Below, one piece after another: positions 48,831 through 57,655 of a stretch of 64,000 nt of DNA (positions within the stretch are counted from its first letter, which is position 1; each line of letters begins with the position of its first letter). This DNA is from a virus. Taxonomy: Duplodnaviria; Caudoviricetes. The stretch is taken from IMG/VR virus record IMGVR_UViG_3300018405_000014, positions 52,700 through 116,699 of that record, one strand, 5' to 3'. Both the position numbers and the translations under genes were made by a program. A model generated the notes under the pieces. That model ran no database searches. It was not told the origin of the DNA and saw only the letters and a program-made list of their open reading frames with translations.

Positions 48831-49691
48831 ATGTCTTATTACTCAAAACCTCAGATAGACCTGTTGTACAACCTGATCAACGAGTCCAACCCTGGGTTGT
48901 TGGAACCGAGGGATCTGGTCAATACACGGATCGGATTACCCTTTAACCGAACGCCCGCCGCCGGCGAGATCGCAGACACCTCCCTCGAGTTGTATGCTAC
49001 CCCAGAGTCGTTTTACATCGGGAAACAGATTGTCCACTATCGTCGAATCGACGTCAGTAGGCTATTTGCCAACATGACGATTAAGATAGACCTTTGGACA
49101 CCGTTTGGTGGCATCAATCGGACGACTCTGCGCGAACAGATAAACCAACTGTTTGGTCTGACGCTGGTAGATGATGATCTTCCCAATACAACTTGGGGCG
49201 AAACCACCTACAATGTCGACATCTTGCCGACATCGTTGACGTACAAGGGCCGGTTCAGGTTCACCTATACCCGTGGTAAGCGAGCACTCGATCAGATCCT
49301 TCCAGCCAACGTGGAGACCTTTCAGAGTCGCTTCTGGGACAGTCGCTATGTGGAAGGTAAACCTCTGCTGTCGTTGGTTAACGTCGGGCTTGATTTCAGC
49401 ACATATGCAGCAGTGGCCGGGAACATATCCAACAACTGGACCATCAACGGGTTCGACTTTAGACTTAACCAGTTGATAGGGTGGTACCGGCAGGTCTCTG
49501 GCATCATGCTAGACACCAACAAACCTCATACGGAAGTTGGAGGGATAGGTGGGCTGGTGTTCACTCGGTTCAGTTTACCGAACATCAACGCCCCTGAAGG
49601 GAATGCCGGCAGGTTCAACCGCGTGATCCTGATCTCCAGTCGAGACGATAGCTGGTTCGCAGGAAAAATCATTATGCATTACAACGTATAA
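48831..49691 (+). CDS. Virion structural protein, YNRL paralog family
   Basis: YIGKQIVHYRRIDV; ends IIMHYNV. Confidence 0.75.
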   Translation: MSYYSKPQIDLLYNLINESNPGLLEPRDLVNTRIGLPFNRTPAAGEIADTSLELYATPESFYIGKQIVHYRRIDVSRLFANMTIKIDLWTPFGGINRTTLREQINQLFGLTLVDDDLPNTTWGETTYNVDILPTSLTYKGRFRFTYTRGKRALDQILPANVETFQSRFWDSRYVEGKPLLSLVNVGLDFSTYAAVAGNISNNWTINGFDFRLNQLIGWYRQVSGIMLDTNKPHTEVGGIGGLVFTRFSLPNINAPEGNAGRFNRVILISSRDDSWFAGKIIMHYNV

Positions 49692-49706
49692 CGGTCGAGG
49701 TGACCC

Positions 49707-50186
49707 ATGGCGCTGATACAAGGCTCCAAGGCCGATGTCATCTCGGGACTGAACCGAGAAACATTGGCAACACTGGATCACTCGGGACTTCACATGAGTC
49801 CGGTGGTTCCAGTAGACGATCCCTCAGGCAAAGTAGTCAAGGTGCGTATTACCTGTCAGCCTGAATACCAGTATCGGGGGACGGCGGTCATTCAGTATAA
49901 CCGTCTTCCCTTCGCTGAGTTGGCTGCTAAGTTCCCTGTACTCCCGAACATCAGTCCAGGAGCCATGCTCTATGAGATGCTCGATAACTTCCGCGATGCC
50001 ACCAGTGTCAATCTGACAGATGAGGCGGTGGAAGATTCGCCTGTCGTGGCGCTCGAGGATGGGACCTTCCAGGTAACACTGACTGCTAAACCTGAATCTC
50101 ATGGGTGGTATGGGACCGGAGTCTTCACTTTCCGGGATCTGCCACCCCTTTCACTGGCGGTGACTGACACCAGCCTCAGGTGGTAA
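49707..50186 (+). CDS. YNRL paralog, N-terminal domain only
   Basis: YRGTAVIQYNRL. Confidence 0.7.
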   Translation: MALIQGSKADVISGLNRETLATLDHSGLHMSPVVPVDDPSGKVVKVRITCQPEYQYRGTAVIQYNRLPFAELAAKFPVLPNISPGAMLYEMLDNFRDATSVNLTDEAVEDSPVVALEDGTFQVTLTAKPESHGWYGTGVFTFRDLPPLSLAVTDTSLRW

Positions 50187-50188
50187 AA

Positions 50189-50536
50189 ATGACTGAACGT
50201 AAATGGATCAACTACTTCTTTGGCACGGACTTCACTCCGGTGGCAGAAGCACTGAAGAGCATCCAGGTTGACACTGTCCTGAAAGATGATACCGCGCTGG
50301 GTATGGTGGCGCTTCTTCAGGAAATCGACAAGGGTGAGGGTAAAGACAGTTGGGTGGCAGATGACGTAAGTGTTCAGTGGAACCTGGCTAATGTCCATGT
50401 CTGCTACAACGGCGTTAACACACCCGACTTACCCACTAACTCCAAATACAGCCATGTCTTGATGTTGATGTTCCCTGAAGGGTCAATGGCACCGACTGGC
50501 AAAGTGTGCCTACAATACAACCTGATGGAGGTGTGA
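50189..50536 (+). CDS. YNRL paralog, C-terminal domain only
   Basis: DFT...YNGVNTPDLPTNSKY aligns with YNGINSPLLPTNSSY of 47906-48781. Confidence 0.7.
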   Translation: MTERKWINYFFGTDFTPVAEALKSIQVDTVLKDDTALGMVALLQEIDKGEGKDSWVADDVSVQWNLANVHVCYNGVNTPDLPTNSKYSHVLMLMFPEGSMAPTGKVCLQYNLMEV

Positions 50537-50537
50537 G

Positions 50538-52133
50538 ATGGCTATTTTGAACATGATCGGGTTTGATCAGATGCCATTGATCAATAACATCAGTGCAACG
50601 CGCATCAGGCACGAAGGCTTCGATCTACTGGATGGATCGAAGACGGGCGGCATGCAATGGAACACAGTTAAACGAGATGGTCGGGTTCGGTTACAGGCAG
50701 CCTTTATTAACCATGGTAGTTCCGGCACGCGAGCCTTCACATTTACCGAAGGTCTACCCCTGTCGACATGGTTTGGCAATCGGACCAAGCTCACAAAAGG
50801 TGTGATTGGATGCCGCATTCACATCAATAATGCTGTTGCAAACTTCAGTAATGCACCGATGGTTATTGTCGACTTGAGTACGTGGTCGGCATCGAGCACT
50901 GTCATCTCCAAGTTGGCTGCTGGTGAGCATTACGTTGAGTATGTATTCGACATGGTCAGGAGCGTCCTGGAACTGTGGATTAACGGCGAAATGAAGGTAA
51001 GTACGCCATGGACTATGACCATGGCGTCAACCTTCGGTATCCGGCAGTATTTCATGTCAGTTCCCAGTGGAAACCCAGGTGTTGTCATGGACTTCTCGGA
51101 CCTTTACGTCCTCTGGGATACTGAAGATGACACCCCCTGCGACCGGTTGGGTCCGGTGCAGGTCAAGTGGCTTCCGGTGGCCGAAACAACATTCCCAGAC
51201 GACTGGGGGTACCTGGACGGGCCACTGCTCACCTACCGGGTCGATGGTGTCGACAAGACGTACCAAGGTCTGATTCCCCGTTACCTTGAAAGCGATGTCA
51301 AGGAAGGATCTATCAAGCTGACATTGTCGACCACCGTCGGGTCCATCACTGGTCCACTCTTCATTCACGCTGATCCTCTTAACACAACCGTAAACGGGTT
51401 CGCTAACCAGCAGACCGATAGCAAGAACACCCTCGGTGTAGATTTTGTCTCCGCCAAGAAAGTGACTGCCTATGCACTCAAACGGTCTACAGTGACTAGC
51501 CTTGGATTCATGGATGATTGGACCTTCGAAGCCAGTTCGGATGGTGTGCAATGGACTGTACTCGACACCAAGACATCTCAGGCCGCTGCTCATGCATCAG
51601 GGGAGACAATCGTCCATAGTCTTCCGGTCGACAAGGTCGGCGCCTATAAGTTCTATCGACTGGTGTCAACCAAACAGGTAGTCGGCAGCAGCGCAAGTAG
51701 GCACGTGACCATGCAGCATTTCCAGTTGCTGGGAGATCCTGCAGATGTACGGATCAACGCTGACCTTACGTCGCTGGTAAATATGCCTTATAACAACAAC
51801 GTGGCCGATACTGAAGTGCCAGTGCTTCGGACCTCGGTCAGCGAATCTGAGGCTACTTTCCGGTTTACTGCTCCGGTGGTGGGTAGCGCCGACATCAAGA
51901 TGGTGCAGTTGCGCCTGGCGGGTAAACGCGATCCCGGTACGGAAGAGCGTCTTGTTGTGCGCAGTGAAGTAGGCACCGTACAAGGCCCTGAACAAGACCT
52001 TCGCATGGACACCGATTTCCGCTTGGGACCAATCTTGGAAAACCTGGCGGTCAGTCACACCGGTGATGCCTGGACGGCAGATTCGGTTGGACAACTGAAA
52101 CTCATCGTTAAATCCAAGACAGGGGAAGCCTGA
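50538..52133 (+). CDS. Virion/tail protein with discoidin (F5/8 type C)-like insert
   Basis: WTFEASSDGVQWTVLD...YKFYRL; RLGPV motif shared with the next gene. Confidence 0.65.
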   Translation: MAILNMIGFDQMPLINNISATRIRHEGFDLLDGSKTGGMQWNTVKRDGRVRLQAAFINHGSSGTRAFTFTEGLPLSTWFGNRTKLTKGVIGCRIHINNAVANFSNAPMVIVDLSTWSASSTVISKLAAGEHYVEYVFDMVRSVLELWINGEMKVSTPWTMTMASTFGIRQYFMSVPSGNPGVVMDFSDLYVLWDTEDDTPCDRLGPVQVKWLPVAETTFPDDWGYLDGPLLTYRVDGVDKTYQGLIPRYLESDVKEGSIKLTLSTTVGSITGPLFIHADPLNTTVNGFANQQTDSKNTLGVDFVSAKKVTAYALKRSTVTSLGFMDDWTFEASSDGVQWTVLDTKTSQAAAHASGETIVHSLPVDKVGAYKFYRLVSTKQVVGSSASRHVTMQHFQLLGDPADVRINADLTSLVNMPYNNNVADTEVPVLRTSVSESEATFRFTAPVVGSADIKMVQLRLAGKRDPGTEERLVVRSEVGTVQGPEQDLRMDTDFRLGPILENLAVSHTGDAWTADSVGQLKLIVKSKTGEA

Positions 52134-52135
52134 TC

Positions 52136-53182
52136 ATGATCAAAGAAATTCTAGGGTTCGCTGACTTCCCGGCCGATACTCGCTACCCGACACTTGAGCT
52201 GCTGGGTAAAGGTATCGTTTCGGGATATAACCCAGGGGCCACCTCAGCGAATGTTAGTTGTGTACAATACAACAATCGACGCTGGTTGAGGATCTTTGGT
52301 GCGGCCACACCCTTTCTCCGTATGGATCTCAAAAATGTCGGGATCACCAACGACGAGGTCAGGACCCGTAAAATTTACGGTGGCTTTCGGTACGCTGTCA
52401 CCAACAACCCCGCGTTTAACAATGCCCCTATCCTGTTCTTCTCTCGGGGGACATCATACACCCTGCTGACAGACTCGCAGCTGACGTCCAGGCAGGGTGA
52501 AGCCTACATCGAGTACATGATCGACATCCCCAACCTGACATTCAAAGTCTGGGTCGATGGGGTTATGCGTAACAGTGGACCACTCAACACTGCCGAAACG
52601 GCTTCGACGGACGAAGGGCACATGCGCTACGGACAGACTGCAGTTAGTCCAACGAATGCAATGCATCACTACAACGACTTCTACTGGCTGGTTGACACCT
52701 CCGATCTCGATGACACTCCGTCGTCGCGCCTGGGGCCCGTCAAGGTTGGTGCTGTCAAGGTCGATACCTCGGTCGTGCCTACTGATTGGGTCGTGCCAGA
52801 AGGGACCACACCGGAAACTGTACTGGACGCCACCACCCTCGGCCCTAACGGTGAAGTGTCTCCTGTCATTCGTACCTCACCGGCCGAGTCTGTGGCTTCG
52901 TTCAGCTTTGCCAAGCCAGACACTCCTTTCCCGATTCGGGCCGTCTCAATTGAGATGTATGGTTATCGGGATACCGGTACCGTACCTGTCATCGAGGCGC
53001 AGCTGCGTCAGGGTGAGGCAGTCTCGGCTAAGCAGACTCAGTCCCTTCACACCAATGTGCTGCGTGAGGGTGCTGACGCGAACCGCATCGGGTGTCTCAA
53101 CAAGGACCTGAACAACCAGCCTTGGACGGTCGATTCCATCGATCAGCTTGAGGTCCTCATCAACTCCAAAACAGGAAGCTGA
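52136..53182 (+). CDS. Virion/tail protein, paralog of 50538-52133
   Basis: YIEY...WVDG, DDTP..RLGPV, PVIRTS, WTVDS. Confidence 0.65.
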   Translation: MIKEILGFADFPADTRYPTLELLGKGIVSGYNPGATSANVSCVQYNNRRWLRIFGAATPFLRMDLKNVGITNDEVRTRKIYGGFRYAVTNNPAFNNAPILFFSRGTSYTLLTDSQLTSRQGEAYIEYMIDIPNLTFKVWVDGVMRNSGPLNTAETASTDEGHMRYGQTAVSPTNAMHHYNDFYWLVDTSDLDDTPSSRLGPVKVGAVKVDTSVVPTDWVVPEGTTPETVLDATTLGPNGEVSPVIRTSPAESVASFSFAKPDTPFPIRAVSIEMYGYRDTGTVPVIEAQLRQGEAVSAKQTQSLHTNVLREGADANRIGCLNKDLNNQPWTVDSIDQLEVLINSKTGS

Positions 53183-53187
53183 ACACC

Positions 53188-54000
53188 ATGACCGAGTCAG
53201 CTAACCTGCGAAGTGTTCGCATCCAGTACCTCTACGTAGATAAGAATGATACAGCACTACGGGATATCCGGGTCGATTACTTGGCAGTAGACAAGACCCC
53301 CGTCTCAGTACGTCGGGTCAATGCACAAATGCTGACCGTGTCTGAAGATCCTGCCAACGTACGGGACGCTCGTCTCCAGTACCTGGAGCGAACTCGGGAC
53401 CCGGTGTCAGTTCGCCGAATCCTGAGTCAGGTCTTGATGGTTCAGAAAGACCCCCTTTACCTAAAGGGGATGCGTGCTCAGTACCTGACGCTAGAGAACA
53501 CCCCACCTAACTTTACCATCGATGCGTGGCCGCGGTTGTTGGAGATCATCAACAACAACAACGGCACCAAGTTCAAACTCGGTGACGTGCTGCCAGGCCT
53601 ACCTACACCCAACCTAAAGTTAGGTACGTGGAATACACAACTTGAAATCACAGCCCAACCATCGTCGGGTTACTCTGGCAAGGTTACAGTGTACTACGAG
53701 CGATACCCTATTGGGTTGTCGTTCCAGGACATTCATCCGGTCTTTGATTTCACAGGTGTTACAACCTCGCACGACCTGCTACCGCAGATCAATGCATTCT
53801 TCGGCCTCAAGCTGACACCGGTCGAAATAGTCGCCACCCCGATGATCCCTCAAGGCCCGAACATTACGAGCTTTGATCTGGTGGCATCTGAGAATGCTTG
53901 GTTCTACGTCCCTGGCAGTAAATTCCACTTCTCTGGATTGTCGGATCTGAAAACTGTTTACGCAGTGACTGATCTTTCTGGTTTTGATCTTCCGATGTAG
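53188..54000 (+). CDS. Virion protein with N-terminal 16-aa repeats and a YNRL-family domain
   Basis: R..R.QYL repeats; YSGKVTVYYER; TDLSGFD. Confidence 0.65.
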   Translation: MTESANLRSVRIQYLYVDKNDTALRDIRVDYLAVDKTPVSVRRVNAQMLTVSEDPANVRDARLQYLERTRDPVSVRRILSQVLMVQKDPLYLKGMRAQYLTLENTPPNFTIDAWPRLLEIINNNNGTKFKLGDVLPGLPTPNLKLGTWNTQLEITAQPSSGYSGKVTVYYERYPIGLSFQDIHPVFDFTGVTTSHDLLPQINAFFGLKLTPVEIVATPMIPQGPNITSFDLVASENAWFYVPGSKFHFSGLSDLKTVYAVTDLSGFDLPM

Positions 54001-54087
54001 CCAGCATAAAGGGAGGGCTTCGGCCCTCCCTGTTTTATGTCTGACGGCATAAAGCCACTGCACCCGAAGGTGCAGTGGCTCTAGACA

Positions 54088-54636
54088 TTAGACTACGGGT
54101 TCAGCTACGTAGTCAAAGCCGCTCAGGTCGGTGGTGGCGTATACCTGGCTCATGCGCTCACGGCCGTCTACCGGCTCAACCAGAGTCACGATCAGGTCGC
54201 CCACGTAGGCGTGCGAGCCAGCTGCAGCGCGCAGGGTCAGCGGTGCAGTTTCACCGTCAACCATCTCGTCAACCCAAGTCGGCATGACAGTTTCGACGAA
54301 GTCTACGTCTTCGGCGATCAGACCCAGCTGAGCGACAACAGCTGCTTTGACGTCAGCCAGAGTCGATTCGGCAGTGGTCTGGAATTCGGAAACGGCAGCA
54401 CCAACGGTGGCCAGCTCCAGACGGGTGTAACGCAGGGTCTGAGAACCCTTGAACTCGGTGCTACCTTCAACAGCAGATACGACGATCTGGGTGTTGCGGG
54501 TGTTGATGCCTTCCGGATCAACGAACTCAGACGGGGCACTGATGGCAACTTGTGCCAGAGTCAACGCACGGGCGTTGTCAGCGTTCATCAGGTCCAGAAT
54601 ATTCTGGATGGAACTCTTGAGGGGATCGATGATCAT
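54088..54636 (-). CDS. Virion structural protein, YNRL paralog family
   Basis: FKGSQTLRYTRLEL; TDLSGFD; start MIIDP. Confidence 0.7.
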   Translation of the reverse strand: MIIDPLKSSIQNILDLMNADNARALTLAQVAISAPSEFVDPEGINTRNTQIVVSAVEGSTEFKGSQTLRYTRLELATVGAAVSEFQTTAESTLADVKAAVVAQLGLIAEDVDFVETVMPTWVDEMVDGETAPLTLRAAAGSHAYVGDLIVTLVEPVDGRERMSQVYATTDLSGFDYVAEPVV

Positions 54637-54750
54637 TCTGTGTCTCCAGACGCAGTGGGAAAGAGTGGAAATCACCCTTCCTCATAGTATAGGTTCACCG
54701 AAAAAACCATATATTATTCAAAAATAACAAGGGGGGCCGAGGCCCTCCCG

Positions 54751-54969
54751 TTATGTCTCTGGTAATACTTTCGAAAGGATCAGCGTCAACCCATTCAGGG
54801 TTTTGTTTGCCACTGCAACCCCTATTTCAACGTCACCATCGGGAGCAAAGTCCCACGGCACCCAGACCCCATCGATCTTGGAATAGCCGCTGACGACCTC
54901 TCTATACTGCCCGTCTAGCTTCACGAAGACCTGTGTACTACCAGGCCATACACCATCTTTGATTAGCAT
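54751..54969 (-). CDS. Small tail-fibre-associated protein
   Basis: VFVKLDGQYREV...KIDGVW repeats. Confidence 0.55.
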   Translation of the reverse strand: MLIKDGVWPGSTQVFVKLDGQYREVVSGYSKIDGVWVPWDFAPDGDVEIGVAVANKTLNGLTLILSKVLPET

Positions 54970-54984
54970 GCCAACTCCCCTCTA

Positions 54985-55230
54985 TCAAGGCTTGACAACC
55001 AACCAGATGTCACCGTCGGTGCCCTGAAGGTTATCTGGCAGGGAAGTGCTAACATGAAGGTCACGCATGGCCATGGATTTGACAGTCGACAGTTTGGTCT
55101 TGTCTTCGGTGGTGTAATCTTCAGTGGACAGTTGCTTACCGTTGACCTTATCGACCTTACCTGTCAACAGGCTGTTGACCTTGGAGGTAAAGTTGGACAA
55201 GGACTGAATGACGTTGCTGATAGTGCTCAC
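54985..55230 (-). CDS. Small tail-fibre-like protein
   Basis: KVDKVNGKQLSTEDYTTEDKTKL and GTDGDIW motifs. Confidence 0.65.
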   Translation of the reverse strand: MSTISNVIQSLSNFTSKVNSLLTGKVDKVNGKQLSTEDYTTEDKTKLSTVKSMAMRDLHVSTSLPDNLQGTDGDIWLVVKP

Positions 55231-55384
55231 GTTTAAATTCCTTCTACAGATGGATAGATTGCGGGTGAGGCTGGGTCATACTTATACAGCAAGTATGCCA
55301 GAAAAGAAAAAAAGAAAGACTCATAAAATTAGCTAGGTATAGGGCGAATACCCTATACCTAGCCGTATGTTTACATGCTGTCTT

Positions 55385-55495
55385 TCATGACTTCGCCGAG
55401 GTCTTTCTCAACGATTTCATCTGAGTCATGATAACGCGATGACCTGCGTAAGCGATGGCAGCACCGATGACTGTACCTATCATAAAGTTTTTCAT
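55385..55495 (-). CDS. 36-aa hydrophobic early peptide (not in ORF track)
   Basis: MKNFMIGTVIGAAIAYAGHRV..., GGAG RBS, directly abuts the upstream stop. Confidence 0.5.
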   Translation of the reverse strand: MKNFMIGTVIGAAIAYAGHRVIMTQMKSLRKTSAKS

Positions 55496-55597
55496 TTAGA
55501 TGCTCTCCATTACTTCAGCGATTTTCTTGTTACGCGCAGGTGCAGTGATGGTCACAACTACGATGTAACCAACAACGATTCCAAGAAAGGTTTTCAT
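55496..55597 (-). CDS. 33-aa hydrophobic early peptide (not in ORF track)
   Basis: MKTFLGIVVGYIVVVTITAPARNKK..., AGGAG RBS, after the early motif. Confidence 0.55.
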   Translation of the reverse strand: MKTFLGIVVGYIVVVTITAPARNKKIAEVMESI

Positions 55598-55666
55598 GGG
55601 TGTATCTCCTACGATTGGGGTATGTGTAGAGCAGTCCTTGATGGATTACTCTGTGTACTCACCACT

Positions 55667-55694
55667 ACAATGTATTGTTGAAATTATTTCGAAT
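55667..55694 (-). promoter_or_regulatory. Putative early promoter (ATTC-N16-TACATTGT)
   Basis: Matches the 7-copy motif. Confidence 0.7.
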
Positions 55695-55768
55695 CGAATT
55701 TTAGAGTGACGACATAAAAGAGAGGATGACCCTCTCTGGTAATTGTCAGATATAAGATTGGTTTGGTC

Positions 55769-55860
55769 AGGATTAATTTACAGCAGTCAGCATAAAGACC
55801 TACTCCCCATCCTTCATTGGATGGGGAGTAGGTCTAACGGACTTATGCCGGCAGAGCCAT
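55769..55860. repeat. 92-bp direct repeat, copy 1
   Basis: Identical to 61013-61104; includes a terminator hairpin and the MALPA-stop codons. Confidence 0.95.
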
Positions 55861-56205
55861 TGCTGGGAACGCGTGCAGCACTGAATACACCTGTACCAAT
55901 GTTACTCGCATCGAGTGCGGGGGAGATCGCCGATTAGGAGTGGTTCTCCCCCGATGACTTGCCCCTTCACGCTGATAGTTACTTTAGGATAGGTTCCTGC
56001 CGTGGCGATGGATGGTAAAGTCGCATCAATACTGACATTAGAATTGCCTGAGATACTTACAGAACCTATTATGTCCTTCTTGAGTGTCAATGTAAAGGGG
56101 TTAGTGAGTCGATCGGCACTTACCGACGCTGTTGTCTTATCTAACTTAGTATCAAGCTTCTCAGAGATACTGATAAACAACTCTGTAAACTATTGACTAG
56201 ATCCA
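55861..56205 (-). pseudogene. Frameshifted, truncated tail-fibre gene
   Basis: AGTYPKVTISVKGQV; removing one C from the CCCCC run restores DLPALDASNIGTGVFSAARVP; cut off at the repeat. Confidence 0.6.
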
Positions 56206-56898
56206 ACTTGGATCTATTTTAGTGGCAGTGGTATGATTCCCAGCAGTGGTCGGCATTGCACTACCTTGTGCTGTCTGACTCATGCGATATATTCCGATTC
56301 GAGTCACTCGCTCAATTGTATTCGACGTTATCTGGGAGGAATCTGTAACTATTTTACCGAGATACATCATACCATCCGATTCAGGTAACTTCTCAAGACT
56401 TGTCCGATATCCCAATATTCCTTTATCAATACTCAGGTATATGTAGAATACTTTATTAGCAGGAGATACATCGATCGTGCTGAGCACTATGTCCTGAGCC
56501 GGAATTAATCCTAATGTACCTTGTAAATATGCCTGAATGACTTTAGTGAATCTTAATGTGAATCCGGTGGATGTTACACCCAATGGATCTGTACCCGTGT
56601 CTCCAAACTGACTCACTGGTAACTCTGACAGCGATACTGTTTCAGACAATGCATTATCGACATAAGCCTTAGAAACACCTCCGATAGAATTTAAGGTAAC
56701 TCCATGTGGATTGTTCTTATTGGCTATGTGTGAATTGACTGTTGTCAATACAGATGTCTTAATGGATTCCTTAGATGTGCCATCCAATGTGGCTGTATTT
56801 ACCGACTCAACTGCATGGGATGGCCTTGTCTTGACAAGATCATTTATGGCACTTGTGAACTCGCGCACTTTGGCGAGTAGTGTCAATAGCTGGCTCAT
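56197..56898 (-). CDS. Tail-fibre-associated protein (NPH motif)
   Basis: HIANKNNPHGVT; C-terminal domain shared with the two upstream genes. Confidence 0.7.
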   Translation of the reverse strand: MSQLLTLLAKVREFTSAINDLVKTRPSHAVESVNTATLDGTSKESIKTSVLTTVNSHIANKNNPHGVTLNSIGGVSKAYVDNALSETVSLSELPVSQFGDTGTDPLGVTSTGFTLRFTKVIQAYLQGTLGLIPAQDIVLSTIDVSPANKVFYIYLSIDKGILGYRTSLEKLPESDGMMYLGKIVTDSSQITSNTIERVTRIGIYRMSQTAQGSAMPTTAGNHTTATKIDPSWI

Positions 56899-56923
56899 GG
56901 TTCATTGTCCTTCGTTTACTTAA

Positions 56924-57637
56924 TTAGGTCCAATTCGGATCAAGATGAACCACTCTGGAAGGAAGGCCGCTAGTAGTAGGTATCGATTGTCCCTTTGGAA
57001 CAGATGATAATCGAAATCCTCCAAACTTAGTGAACTTGGTTATATTTATAGAATTGACTTTAGCGCTACCTGTTACTATTGTCCCAACGAACATGAGAAC
57101 TGAAGTCTCTGCGACTTGAGTCGTATGGACCACGTAAGAAGCAGTGCCATTGACAATAGTGACATAGACAAAGAATGTAGAATCTGATGGATTCGTCTTT
57201 ACCGTAGTCAGGTTTAAGATCATGGGGGCCAATGGGGCATATCTACCATTTATCAACAATGGGGTTACTTCTGCAAAATTGACCATCCATCCTGAAGACA
57301 CGGCCGTTATTAAGGGGAGGTTCGTGTCCAGTGATCCAAAGCGACTCACTGGAATGATTGATTCAGAGACCCTGCGCTTAAGCATCACCTCCACTTCACC
57401 CTTAGTATAGCTCCCTAACTGTAACGCTGTCAGTCCATGGGGATTGTTCTTGTTATTCTCATGTGCTGTTACAGTAGGATCTATCTCGGCCTTGATCTGT
57501 GCTATCGTACTTCCACCTAAGGTCTGTGCATTCTGACTTGAGATGACGTGAGCAGCAGTCTCCTTAAGTCGGACTGCTACTTGATCGAAATATATCCTTA
57601 TCCGATCAGTCAGCGCTGTTACTTTTGAGGTACTCAT
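56924..57637 (-). CDS. Tail-fibre-associated protein (NPH motif)
   Basis: HENNKNNPHGLT; paralog of 56197-56898. Confidence 0.7.
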   Translation of the reverse strand: MSTSKVTALTDRIRIYFDQVAVRLKETAAHVISSQNAQTLGGSTIAQIKAEIDPTVTAHENNKNNPHGLTALQLGSYTKGEVEVMLKRRVSESIIPVSRFGSLDTNLPLITAVSSGWMVNFAEVTPLLINGRYAPLAPMILNLTTVKTNPSDSTFFVYVTIVNGTASYVVHTTQVAETSVLMFVGTIVTGSAKVNSINITKFTKFGGFRLSSVPKGQSIPTTSGLPSRVVHLDPNWT

Positions 57638-57655
57638 TTAAATCCTCTTGGGACT

